NCBI GenBank assembly: GCA_965153455.1
Contig: OZ234494.1
Span: 5,332,001-5,396,000, forward strand
Direction: 5' to 3'
Length of the DNA: 64,000 nucleotides
Source: Sphagnum compactum
Lineage: Eukaryota
Shown: positions 53,470-64,000 of the stretch, piece after piece
Position numbering within the stretch: the first letter of the stretch is position 1
How the letters are laid out: each line of letters opens with the position of its first letter
Translations under genes and position numbers: made by a program
Notes under the pieces: generated by a model
Databases searched by the model: none
What the model was told of the DNA's origin: nothing
The model's input: the letters and a program-made list of their open reading frames with translations, nothing else

Positions 53470-53830
53470 TGGGAATTACCTGATTTTCGGAGTAAGTAAT
53501 TACAAATAAATAGGAAACATACTTTTTCTTGATAATCATGGTGGATTAGCCTAGAGGATATTATGGACTAAAAGAAAACCTCAAAGTTCCTTGCTGAATT
53601 ACAACTCTGTTTGAAAAAATTAAGGTTATGTTCCTTATATCAAAATTGTGGTTCTTCGTCGAAATCACCTTTTGAATTTGTGCTAAATTTTTTAGTACTG
53701 GTAAGTTACCTTATTTCAGAGTAGGTAATTAAGTAACTAATAAATGGGAAACAAAAACTTTTTTCTTGATAATCATGGTGGATTAGTCTAGAAGGATTTA
53801 TGACCTAAAGGAAAACCTAAAAGTTTTCTT
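53470..53830. repeat. diverged direct duplication of ~130 bp
   Basis: 53470-53600 matches 53697-53830 (TTTTTCTTGATAATCATGGTGGATTAG...AAAACCT.AAAGTT). Confidence 0.85.
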
Positions 53831-54459
53831 CACATTCATACCTAGTTAGAAAACAGCGTTATCCTGGTTTATCAGGGTATGAAGACCCCAGGCACTAATA
53901 TCCACCTTGGAAAGATCTTGCCAAGGGTATCCAAAACCCAAATCCCCAGTGATTAGCCTAGGGTATATCAGTAGTTTTCAACAAATATAAAAACCAGAGA
54001 TCTGTTATCAATATACCACTAATACAATTGACTAATGTAATTATGTTTAGGGTAAAGCCCAGAGCCACAGGCTTTACTGAATGTGAAGACCTGCATTGAT
54101 TTTCTTAATAAAACGCATGTCCCATTTGTCCAAACAAATTGGGAACCCTGGTTCAGATTCTGATTCTGGTTCCAAAAATCAAACCCCGTTCCAGTTCAAT
54201 CTGTACTAACTGGAACCTCTGGTTCAAAACCTCCAAACTGGGTACCTGCACAGCACAACACTGGTTCTATCCAATGGCCAATTTGTTCTTCAGTTCCAAT
54301 GACATTTCTCTACTACCACGAACATAAACTTGCAATTTCCAAGTTCGCCAAAACTTAAGGGTACTGGAAATAGAACTAGACTAGAACCCAGAACTGGTCA
54401 ACATTGTTCTTGGGTGGGCCATCATAGCTAGCACATCCTAACCTCTGAATAATCTATAA

Positions 54460-54809
54460 GGCCCTCTTTACACTAGGAGTCAGGGCCAAAAAAACTTGGT
54501 GCCAACTTTGAGCATTTTTGGGTTGCAAATTGGCCCTAAGTTACTAATACATGCTAGAACATTGATGTCAGGATATTAATAATGCTGGGACATTGGCCTC
54601 TCAAATTTGATGGTATCCTTTTTTCAGCCTTGGGGCGAATACGCCATAGAGTTCAGCATTATAAGTACTTGGGGCAGATTGAAAAGTTATTTTCTATTTC
54701 AGCCTTGACTCCTCTTGTAAAGCCCCTGGGGCTCATTTCAACTTTTGCACCAATAGGAATGCTGGATTTGGGTTGAACATTGGCCCTGACTCCTAGTGCA
54801 AAGTGAGCC
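54460..54809. mobile_element. Tourist-like PIF/Harbinger MITE (350 bp)
   Basis: 30-bp TIRs GGCCCTCTTTACACTAGGAGTCAGGGCCAA / TTGGCCCTGACTCCTAGTGCAAAGTGAGCC. TAA TSD on both sides. Confidence 0.9.
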
Positions 54810-57764
54810 TAAGACATGTACTCTATAACACACTAAAGAGTTTCCAATGTTGGCATTTAAGCACTTGGGTCAGGGCTGACATGACATGAGTTACAATGTA
54901 CCTTAAACCACCTCATCAAAAGTTCCCTGTATGATAACAATGAATGCACAGCGTGTTCGTACCATGGAACCATGTGAATTTTTAACTACATCCGCCTCCC
55001 TCCCCCTCAGGAGCCACAGCTTTAGATGCCTGGTTTTTGCATATTGTTTTGTTGTTGCTGGTGCAACTTCATTGGGATAAGTGTTTTTTGCCCGAACTAT
55101 TTTGTTGTCTTTTTGACCAAAAAAGAATGGGGATTTTTCAAATAGTCTAAATTTAACTGATTTTGCTAATGTTTTTTAAAAAATTGGCAAAATTTTGATA
55201 TCAAAAAATTGATAAAAGAATCCAGATTGGGATGCATAGCAATAAGTCATAAACCAGTTCGAGAAATTTTCTAGTGTAATTGGAGGACACCTTTGATCCA
55301 TGAATATCTCTCTAAGAAAAGAAAAGAAGAGAGATCTTACACCTACTCCTTGAGTGCAAGGGAGAGCATGCCTACTTATAGGTGTAAGATCCTTCTCACG
55401 CTTAGACAGTATGTAGAAGGATCCCTCCCTCTCCTCCTCATGATCAACACATACACTAGGAGTCAAGGCTGAAATGTACATGAGAATGAACATTTCTCAT
55501 GAACATTTGGCTTGTGCTCATGATAGCTATAGCCCACAGGTCCTCATATGAAGGCAAAAATTCAGGGCCAAACCAGGCTCGCACCTTGTCATAGACCCTT
55601 CATTGTAGGAACACCCCCAAATTAGGGCTTTACCCTACAAAGCAGAATCTTTTGTGTGATTTACAATGTTGTGAATGCCATCGTGGCCTCAAACGGGATA
55701 ACAAAATTTCCTTTCATCTGGACACCTTTATTTAATTATGCAATAAATTATTCTTATTCTCTTTCATCCTTCAACAGCCACAAAAGCTTGGTCACATACC
55801 CTTCACAAAAAAATAATACTGATCTTATCAAATATACAAGTCCCTAATCAGGATTTTTTTTTGGTGGCAAATTTCTTACTTCACAGAATTGAAAAAAATC
55901 CATGCTGCAAATTACTTGAATGCCATGCTTCATCATGATTACCTACAATAAAAGACTTGGGAGTTACTATTTGAACAGAAAGAATTGGTAGAATTTTATT
56001 AGAGAATGCGGAGGGAGCCTTAACTCCAGTAAAGATTTCTGCCTCAACAGAGGCACAACCTTAAGTGAGGAAAAATGGATGGATCTTCCGTGTAAAGCAC
56101 CTTCTCTCCTCAATCAAAATCAGAGCGATCCAAAATTCTATTCAAACCAACTTTGGTTACCTCCTTGGGCAGATTCCTCATTTTGATAGCTCGCCCTTAT
56201 CCTTGGGCCATACCTACTACCAAACAATTGTATGTGTATTTTGGGGGTTAAGCAGGAGGGTCCATGAAGATTAGGTTACCAAGGTGACTGAGTTGTGGAT
56301 CCATCCACAGCTGAGTCATAACAAGCTTCAAATGGACAGCGGGTGCACTGTGGGTGCTGGGTCACATAATCTAACATTGTTGCGTCAGTGTGATATGTGA
56401 TATGTTTGCATGTTTGGCTGATGGGCTTACTAACATGCAATCATATCAGTGCAGGACAATGTTTCTTTTAATGGCCATTTTTTGTGGGGACTGGTTCAAT
56501 GATTCTTATGGCCCACTTCAATTCTTAGGTGTAGGTAGGGTACTCTAAGATTTGTGTTGGCTTTTATCCATAACCTATTTTATAAATATTTTTATATTCT
56601 TTAAGAAAAAGAAAGAAATTGAGGGAGATAATGGATGGTGAATGAAACTTGTTTGTGCACAAAAAGCAATTTGTGGCTAGTTTTTTTTTCTTTCATGTGT
56701 TGAAGCCACAATGGTGAACACCCTAGACAGATTGCAACAATAAAGAGTAGCCAGTAAACATATATGTGTCGCCACTTTCCCCAAAACAATTCAATTTGGG
56801 TGCCCAGCAGGTAGGATACTCTAGAATATATAGAACCCAATACAAATCACTTTTGGGCTGTTTGCTTGCCTAGACTTTGTTCCTTGCACACCCCCACCCC
56901 CTTTTTTTCTCTGCCTTTCTTGGGTGCTTTCCTGTTATTAAGTTTGGCAGGGTTTCATCAATACAAATCTTGAGTGGACAATAGTAGTAATGAGATGAAG
57001 CAAAGCCTCCATTTGCTTTCCTTTTGATTGTGGCACAAGAAAAGAAACTCTCCACAATCACACAAGCAACTTGTACTCTCATTATGCATTTTGACAACCT
57101 TTGAATGTTACATTTTGTAATCACAAACCCATCAACCTCATTGACAGAGTCATCCTTACTCCCTAAAATTGTGAACCTGATTCAAACTCAACCAATGAAC
57201 CTTATCAGGATAAGAATTGTTAGAACTATGAATCAGTAATAAAAAATTTGACCTGGACCAAGAAATGAGGAGTTTGTTAGGTTCTTTGTTTCTATGAAAA
57301 CTTTAGGAACTGGAACCCATGGTTCTCCTTAAAACCTAAGAACTGGCGAACACTGGTTGGCACCCCCAAGCCAGGACATTTTCAAGCTTTAAGGAAAATA
57401 GTAGCTATTTATTATTTCAGGAGATAACTTATTTGACAAAACGGATCATCAGTAGGAAAAAGGTACCTAACATTTTTTCGGGCTGGGGAGGGGGTTGGGT
57501 TTTGTTGGAAGCTTTCAGAAAGCTTGGAGAAGTTGGTGGAAAAGAAAAAAAGCTTTTGTGCTTTCATCAAGCACATGATTGGGAAATACTGAGGGATTTA
57601 AGTTTGCTTAAGAACTCATTATCATTGCCAAGGTTTCTTTTAAGGATTTTGTGCTGAAGTCATTGTGGCCATCATCCATAAAATAAGTTAGCCAAATTTG
57701 GTTACATCTTAGATATGAAAGTAGAAAAAGAACAGAATCCTTCTGTATTCTTGGCTACCTACTA

Positions 57765-58356
57765 AGGTAAAAAGCTCATAACCGAACACTTAAGGTACGG
57801 TTTGCTTGCCATTTTTATAGGAGGGCCCAATTGTTTATGGTGTCCTGAGAGTAAATGGAGCCCTCCTCTTGGTGCATCTATCGCACTAAAAATTGGCAAA
57901 AATGTACTAGAGGTGAGAAAGCTATGGCCCCCCCAAGTAGGGGGCTCATTTTTATAGAAATTTTTTGATCATTCGTAACCTATTTTCGAACCCCTCAAAA
58001 AATCCTTAATTATTACTTGGTTGCCTTTAGAGTTACAAGATCATTTTTAGAGCTTAAGATGGCGATTGCAAAGTACTTCAAATCGCTCAATTTGAACAAA
58101 AAATGAGAAAGTTATGCACCGATGAAGTAGGAGGGATCAAAATGAAAAAAAAAGAAAAAAACTTATTTCATAATTTGAAAAAACGTATTTTCTTTACTGC
58201 TCGTTTTTGGCTGCCCCTTTGCATTTCAAAGATGATTTGTAGAGCTTGGGAAGGGGCTCCTATAACATTTTTAATCACTCAAACTGGAGAGAATTGAGAA
58301 AGATCTGCCAAAGTGTTCGGTGATAGGTTAGTGTTTGGTGATGGGCTGCTCTACCA
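57765..58356. mobile_element. Tc1/mariner-type non-autonomous element inserted in a MITE
   Basis: TA flanks. ~27-bp TIRs AGGTAAAAAGCTCATAACCGAACACT / AGTGTTTGGTGATGGGCTGCTCTACCA. Removal restores CTACCTACTAGAACT, seen intact (reversed) at ~48653-48668. Confidence 0.8.
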
Positions 58357-59243
58357 TAGAACTTATCATTAAAATATGGCAATTTGAAAAAAAATCTTTA
58401 GAAATCTAGTGAATTTGGGCCATTTTTTCCATAAAAATTCCTTTCTTTAGGTTGAAATCATATTTTTGAGGTTGAAATTTGACGAAAATTTTCCAGTAAC
58501 AGAAACACTGAATCTCAGTGTTTCTTTTGTTAAATTTTGTGACATGGCCAAAATGGTGATGATCTATAGAAAGATATAGAAAAGATCTATATAAGAATAA
58601 TTTTAGAATTTTCTATAAATCATCACATCCTTCTATGCTTTTGGTTACATACTTCAACCCTGTATGGACATCTGGTGAATTTTCTTAAATTTGTCTCAAA
58701 TTTATGGCTATTGAAAATCTAAAAGAGCACTTGATTTTAGCACTTTTAACTTCCACACAGCTTTTTGGCTACATATAGCCAGAAAAAAAAGAGGCTGCTC
58801 ATTATTTGCTTTAACATGCGAAGCTATGGCCATATAGACTAGTGAAAAAAAAACCTACCAACACCTAGTCAACAATTAGCAATATGTGGTGGTGAATGGT
58901 AACTTAGGTTTGGGACCTTTTGGAGAACTTGACTGGGGAATTGTGTAATATGAAAACATTTTAAGCAACATACATTTAGGAGAAAAGCTACCTTTGCTTG
59001 AGCAATAAATTATCCAGCTGACCTCTTCAGAGATTGTTTTTCTGCATTATGTGGAATTGTAGTTTTTCATTCTCTTGTGAATTTTTAAAAAAAGAATGGC
59101 TAACAAAACAGTTGTTTCTGTATAGGTGAAGGTTTCTTCTTTAGGCCCTTTCGGATTTTGAGGCGCATACCAAGGCCAATAGGCTGACAATAGGCGTCGA
59201 AAAATCCAGAAGGGCCTAACTAAAGGAGAAACCTTTTCCTGCT

Positions 59244-59791
59244 TAAAGAACCGATCCTATTTCTGCTTTCTTTCTGTCACTTTTATCTCTTTTCTTTTCC
59301 TGACTCCTTTATTGGTTCTGTTTTCCATATTGTCGCTAAAGTTTTTTGAATTTCCCAAGTTGAAATTTGGAGACGTGTTTGTGAGATTGTGTATTTTTGT
59401 AAAAAAATCTCTAAACTTCAGTTTTTTAAATTTTGATGGAATTTATTAATTAGTTGACACTTATTTTGCAAAAGATTATTTCATTTAATTTCTTTCTGGT
59501 AAAGAATTTTTTGTAAAGAAAAAACAGATGTTAATGAAATCTAGTAGTTTGGAAAGAAATCAGGCATTAAGGAAAGAAAATTGGGCATTAAAGAAAAGAA
59601 ATTGTATCCTTAAAGAAGGATTAAGTTTTGGTCCCTTCCAAAATTTGGAAGCAACCAGCGACAGCCTTGCAGGTTCTTCCAATTTGCAGAAGGGACCAGT
59701 GACAGCCTGGCATATTTGAAAGGAGCATTTGAAATCTTGGGCCTCAGAAGCGACCCAAAAAATACACTAAGGAAATAGGATCAATTCTTTA
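59244..59791. mobile_element. unclassified TIR element
   Basis: 20-bp inverted repeats TAAAGAACCGATCCTATTTC / GAAATAGGATCAATTCTTTA. No clear TSD. Confidence 0.55.
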
Positions 59792-61493
59792 CGTATCTAT
59801 AGGGTTTAAATTGTCATATTTCCAAAAAGTTAATAGAAAGTTCCAGATTTCTGTATTATGTTCTAGTAGATATCCAGAAATATGGTTGGGATGCATAAAT
59901 TTTCTACCTTGATATCTAGCTCTTTGGTTAAATCTTCTAACCAGATGATTATCACTTTTGCTATAAGATTGGGAAAAGAAAAAAAAACCAGTGTGATGCC
60001 TAAATTGCTGTCAGTGCTACAAACTAATAAAAAGCCATCTTCAATGCACACATCTCCAAATCCATTCAAAAACACATTCACAAATCAAGAACTTAGCCTC
60101 CACACACCTTTAGAATAGGCTAATGCCAATGATTTTTTTGTGGCAAGTTTTCACTAAATTTTGTAAATTTTCTTTTAATCTAACAACATGGAATTTTTTT
60201 TGTTCAATGTAAATGTGTTTTCCCATTGTAAAGAGTGTGTTCCAGAAGCAAAACGACAGACAAACTTTCTTTTTAAATAATGGCTAGAGCACATCAGAGA
60301 AAGATTTTTGTGGTCAATAGACTTTCCTGTTCTAAACAAAAGATCCCCTATAGTAATCGAACAACCAGCTCATTCCATAATCAGTCTGCCATTCAAAAAT
60401 GATCTCCTATATAAATATTCAACATATTAAATAATTGGAAACAAATGGTGATGGCAGTGGATTTTTTTTTTACAAATTTTCAACATGTTGCGATTTTATT
60501 TTATTTTAAATCTGTATTGAATTCCTTTCTTTTTTTTAAAAACATAATTTGGCTAAATATACCTGTGGATGAACAGCACTTGAGCAACATCACAAAATTA
60601 AAGGGGAAAAAACACACACACACACTCTGGACAGTGGTTAGCATTGTGAAGCCAAAGTGATCCATCAACTGTGTTGGAAATGTCTCTATAGTGAACTACA
60701 CATGACCCTAAAATGTGAAGGCAACAAACTTTGACCCATTTGTGAATGCATCCCAATGTCTCCGCCCTGAGGAGAGCCAAAAAGAATCATACCCAAGCAA
60801 CCTAGAGTAAAACAAGAAATTCGGACTGTGCCAGTCACAATGGCTGTTGGGAAGCAAGCATGTTAAAGAAGAAACCCATTTCTTTACTTGAAATATTTGG
60901 CAACAAGTTTACAAAATGTCTTATTAAGTACTTTACTAAAAACCCATTTCATGGGGTTAGATGATCATGGACACCAAACATCATGAGAACTTACTAGTAA
61001 GCAAAAACATTACTAATAATAAAACATGGGAAAAAGGAATCCAACCCACAATAAAATAACAAATAAAATCACATGTGCAAACTCTTATTGATAAATAAGT
61101 AGACTCCTCATCACAACACTTTAATGCTATAATGAATGTGATAAAGGCACACAAGCACAACAGGGCAAGTACAAACTCCAAACCAAAATTAAGTACATCA
61201 ACTTGTAGTAATGCAAAAAAAACTACTAACAAGGTAAGTAAGCAAGTAGGTAACAAGTAGATAAATAGGTAGGTAGATAAGTTTATAGATATATAGGTGG
61301 AGGGGTGGCTACTGAAGCCAATTTAATGGGTAGGTAGATGGGAACTTGGGATACTTATTATCTCTCTCACACACGGTACTCACTAGTGTACTTCTTTTTG
61401 GTCTTGTATGTCTCTTCGTGTGTGACCTTTTTTGTTTTCAAAGATGTTTCCACCCTTGTGTTCTTTGTTTTTGTTTTCTGTATTTGCTTTTAG

Positions 61494-62479
61494 AAGAAGA
61501 TTTTCGATCCTATTGTTAGAGAAATTGTAGCTTTGTCCTCTCACGATGCACTATTCGAGAATGTTTAGTTTTGTGAGCTAGTAGTTTACAGAGAGCTTGG
61601 AGTGTGTTTTTTTGTGGATTGGTCACAATGGACCAATCTTACTTGCACTACTCCTTCATGCGCGGTATGCAAGAATTCACTGACCCCTTACTTACTCGGG
61701 AGGTGCAAGCAAGCCAAGATGAAGCTCGTGTTGCTCTTGCCCTCTTATACCCGACCTCAGGTGACTTGATTGTCGCGTTGGAGAGGGTAATGAGCAGCAC
61801 TGTGATGCTGTTCACTAGCTCTGGACTGACGACAAATGGTATCGAACTCATGGTGGTATGTTATATCTTTCACACAAAAGCAGCTGCTCTATTTCAGGGG
61901 GTTTTGTTCTTGGTTTTGGCATGAAGATGATTTATTTCTTAAGTGCTCAAGAGATCAGATCTGTTCATGAGTTGAAAGGAATGGAGACGTACAGAAGATA
62001 TTGGATCTATTTGTCTATTTGCAATAAACGTATTCACATGGTGTGTCACGATGCCCACTGCTGTGTTTTCATGTTTTACTTATAGATGGATATGTTGGCG
62101 GCTTTGGAGCTGACACGCATAGACGAGTATACCATTGCTCATCATGAATCATACGTCGGCTTGGTAACGGCCATTGTCGATTTCTACATGGTAATGAAAC
62201 AAACATAAACCACAGGCCCCGGTTCCTGCACCATGTTCTGTACAGCTGCCATCATTCCAAACATACTTGCTTCCTGCAGGTTCATGAACACACTAAAACA
62301 GGCAGTTTGCTCTATCATTTCTTTTCTTCTACTTCTTTCAGGCCGATGCTGATATCCAAGTGAGAAACCCGACGATTGAGAGGATAGAAAGGACTTTCGC
62401 TGATTTGGCGAGGCCATCAACCGAGGGAGCAAAAAATTCTAAACCTTTTGTTGCTTCATCGAACCTGAATGATATCATG
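61494..62479 (+). pseudogene. multi-exon ORF of unknown identity, probably disabled
   Basis: Exon-like segments 61494-61855, ~61900-62190 and 62342-62479 with good splice sites (TTTTAG|AAG, GTG|GTATGT, ATG|GTAATG, TTTCAG|GCC, ATG|GTATGT). In-frame TAG stops and a frameshift. Second copy at 10.3-11.4 kb. Confidence 0.65.
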
Positions 62480-62916
62480 GTATGTGCTCCCCATGTATTC
62501 CAGATGATCTCTTATTGCAAGTGGCATTCGACTCTTCTCATATAATCAGTGTTTGATTTGCATTGAGATGCTAGCCTGGGAGTACACTTCAGATCATACC
62601 CATGGAAGTCGTTAGTCTATTGTGCTTCGGGCAGCGTACTATCTCATGTGTGTGACTGATTGATTTGGCAGTACATCTACATCAACACCTACATGTGGCA
62701 GACTCAGCGGCTAAGGACCTTCAGAAGCTTGAGTGAAACAAGGGAGCTGTTGCAGAATCCACCAGCATTTTCTGTTAACATGCCGCCACCACCACCAGGT
62801 ATAGTTCCTCCCAGCCCATGAGCTAAACTTGAAATGTAGAAAAGATCACTCTAGAAGCTGATGATTTTTTGTGCTGTTTTCTTGACACTCCTGATTTTGT
62901 ACAATGTAACGGATCC

Positions 62917-63153
62917 CTAAAGTGTCTTCATTGGGATTTTTTTAGGTTTCATAGATGCAGCAGGTGGAATCGTGTCTTCTGGAGTTACACCCTCTGGTAT
63001 AAGGTATTGGGAGGTGGGTGGGCCTTCAGGAGAGGCTCCAGGGCCACCTCCAGACGAAGTTGTTCCAGGGCCACCTCCAGCAGAGGAAGACGAGAAAGAC
63101 TTTCCAGGGCGTAATCCTGGAAAGCGTCCAGCTGCTTGAAGGAGACCCCGGTA
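62917..63153 (-). CDS. terminal exon of a small (~79 aa) protein with a mitochondrial-presequence-like N-terminus; first exon lies outside the window
   Basis: After a TAG acceptor (63154-63156) the frame reads YRGLLQAAGRFPGLRPGKSFSSSSAGGGPGTTSSGGGPGASPEGPPTSQYLIPEGVTPEDTIPPAASMKPKKIPMKTL*. GC-rich. Not in the ORF track because it lacks a start codon. Confidence 0.6.
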   Translation of the reverse strand, partial: YRGLLQAAGRFPGLRPGKSFSSSSAGGGPGTTSSGGGPGASPEGPPTSQYLIPEGVTPEDTIPPAASMKPKKIPMKTL

Positions 63154-64000
63154 CTAGCTTTTTCACAAAACACAGTCTGTTCCCGCTTTTGAGTTGTAGA
63201 AGGCGGTGGACATAAGCTGTAGTGCATTCGTGATCCATGTATTCTTGTTTGCAGAAGGATGTCACGAGGATTCAGAACAGTGCACATTGAATCATCATTT
63301 GCAGGATCTGCAAACAATTAATTTAGACATGAATTTTTGTGATGCCATTGAAATTTCTTGCTTGCTGAAGAAGTTCCTGATGCAACAATTCTATGTACTT
63401 CATGAAATGCTTATAGGTCTGATCATACATGAGCAATTGAGGCTGATTTTCTCTTGATTTCCAGTTTATTAACACACAGTCATGATGCATTGCTCCCCTC
63501 AAACAAAGCAAAGATCTTGCACTAGGGTTTAGTTCTTTGTTGCTTGCTGACAACAGATTTCCAAGCTAACAGAGCATATTATGCAAGATAAAATAGGCGA
63601 GGGTCTGGTGGACATTCAGCTTCTTATAGACATCCAATGACTGCACATGGATCATAGACATCTCATGACATCCTCAGATTTGCTATTAATGCCGTTATAA
63701 GACTTGAGGAGATGAACATTTTTCTAAGATTTTCTTTATCTCCTCCTGGAAAAGCAGAATCTACATGCATAGAACCTGCTGCACGTACATTCATGATCAT
63801 ATGAAAGTTTTGTAAAATCCCCATATAGTTCAGAGTCATCAATTTTCTAAAGAGGGATCATGCATTTAGTTGGGTGTAGCAGAAGGCTAATGACCATGTA
63901 TTGATCTGCAATCCCCACTAGAAGTATCCTGCTGCTGTAACAAAAACCAGCTATGACCAAAACAAAGACAAAGAGCTGGGACATTTCACAAATGCAATAA

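Noticed and set aside
62985-63317. 110-aa minus-strand ORF from the track as the real CDS
   Set aside because: It uses a non-ATG start and overlaps a more natural frame with a splice acceptor. It is probably a shadow ORF.

Overview
AT-rich eukaryotic land-plant DNA, probably a bryophyte such as Sphagnum (an inference from repeat style and composition). Most of the window is decayed, nested DNA transposons. Supported genes: (1) a minus-strand multi-exon gene (18994..~21850, all coding junctions phase 0) for a ~517-aa coiled-coil protein with a C-terminal transmembrane anchor; (2) a minus-strand terminal exon (62917..63153) of a small protein with a mitochondrial-presequence-like start, whose upstream intron has an inverted partial duplicate at ~48.5-49.0 kb. 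The central feature is a 16-kb nest at 25851..42191: four hAT elements stacked at two shared 8-bp GTNNNNAC target sites. The largest (26898..41383, perfect GTTAGAAC TSD) carries a dead transposase split by a 6-kb CACTA element, plus class III peroxidase and EF-hand gene fragments. Also present: a PIF/Harbinger remnant and its MITE, Helitron-like inserts, a Tc1/mariner-type MITE, a CRE-like non-LTR remnant, tRNA-like A/B-box cassettes, and two diverged copies of an unidentified spliced ORF. All calls were made by eye; no database search was run.
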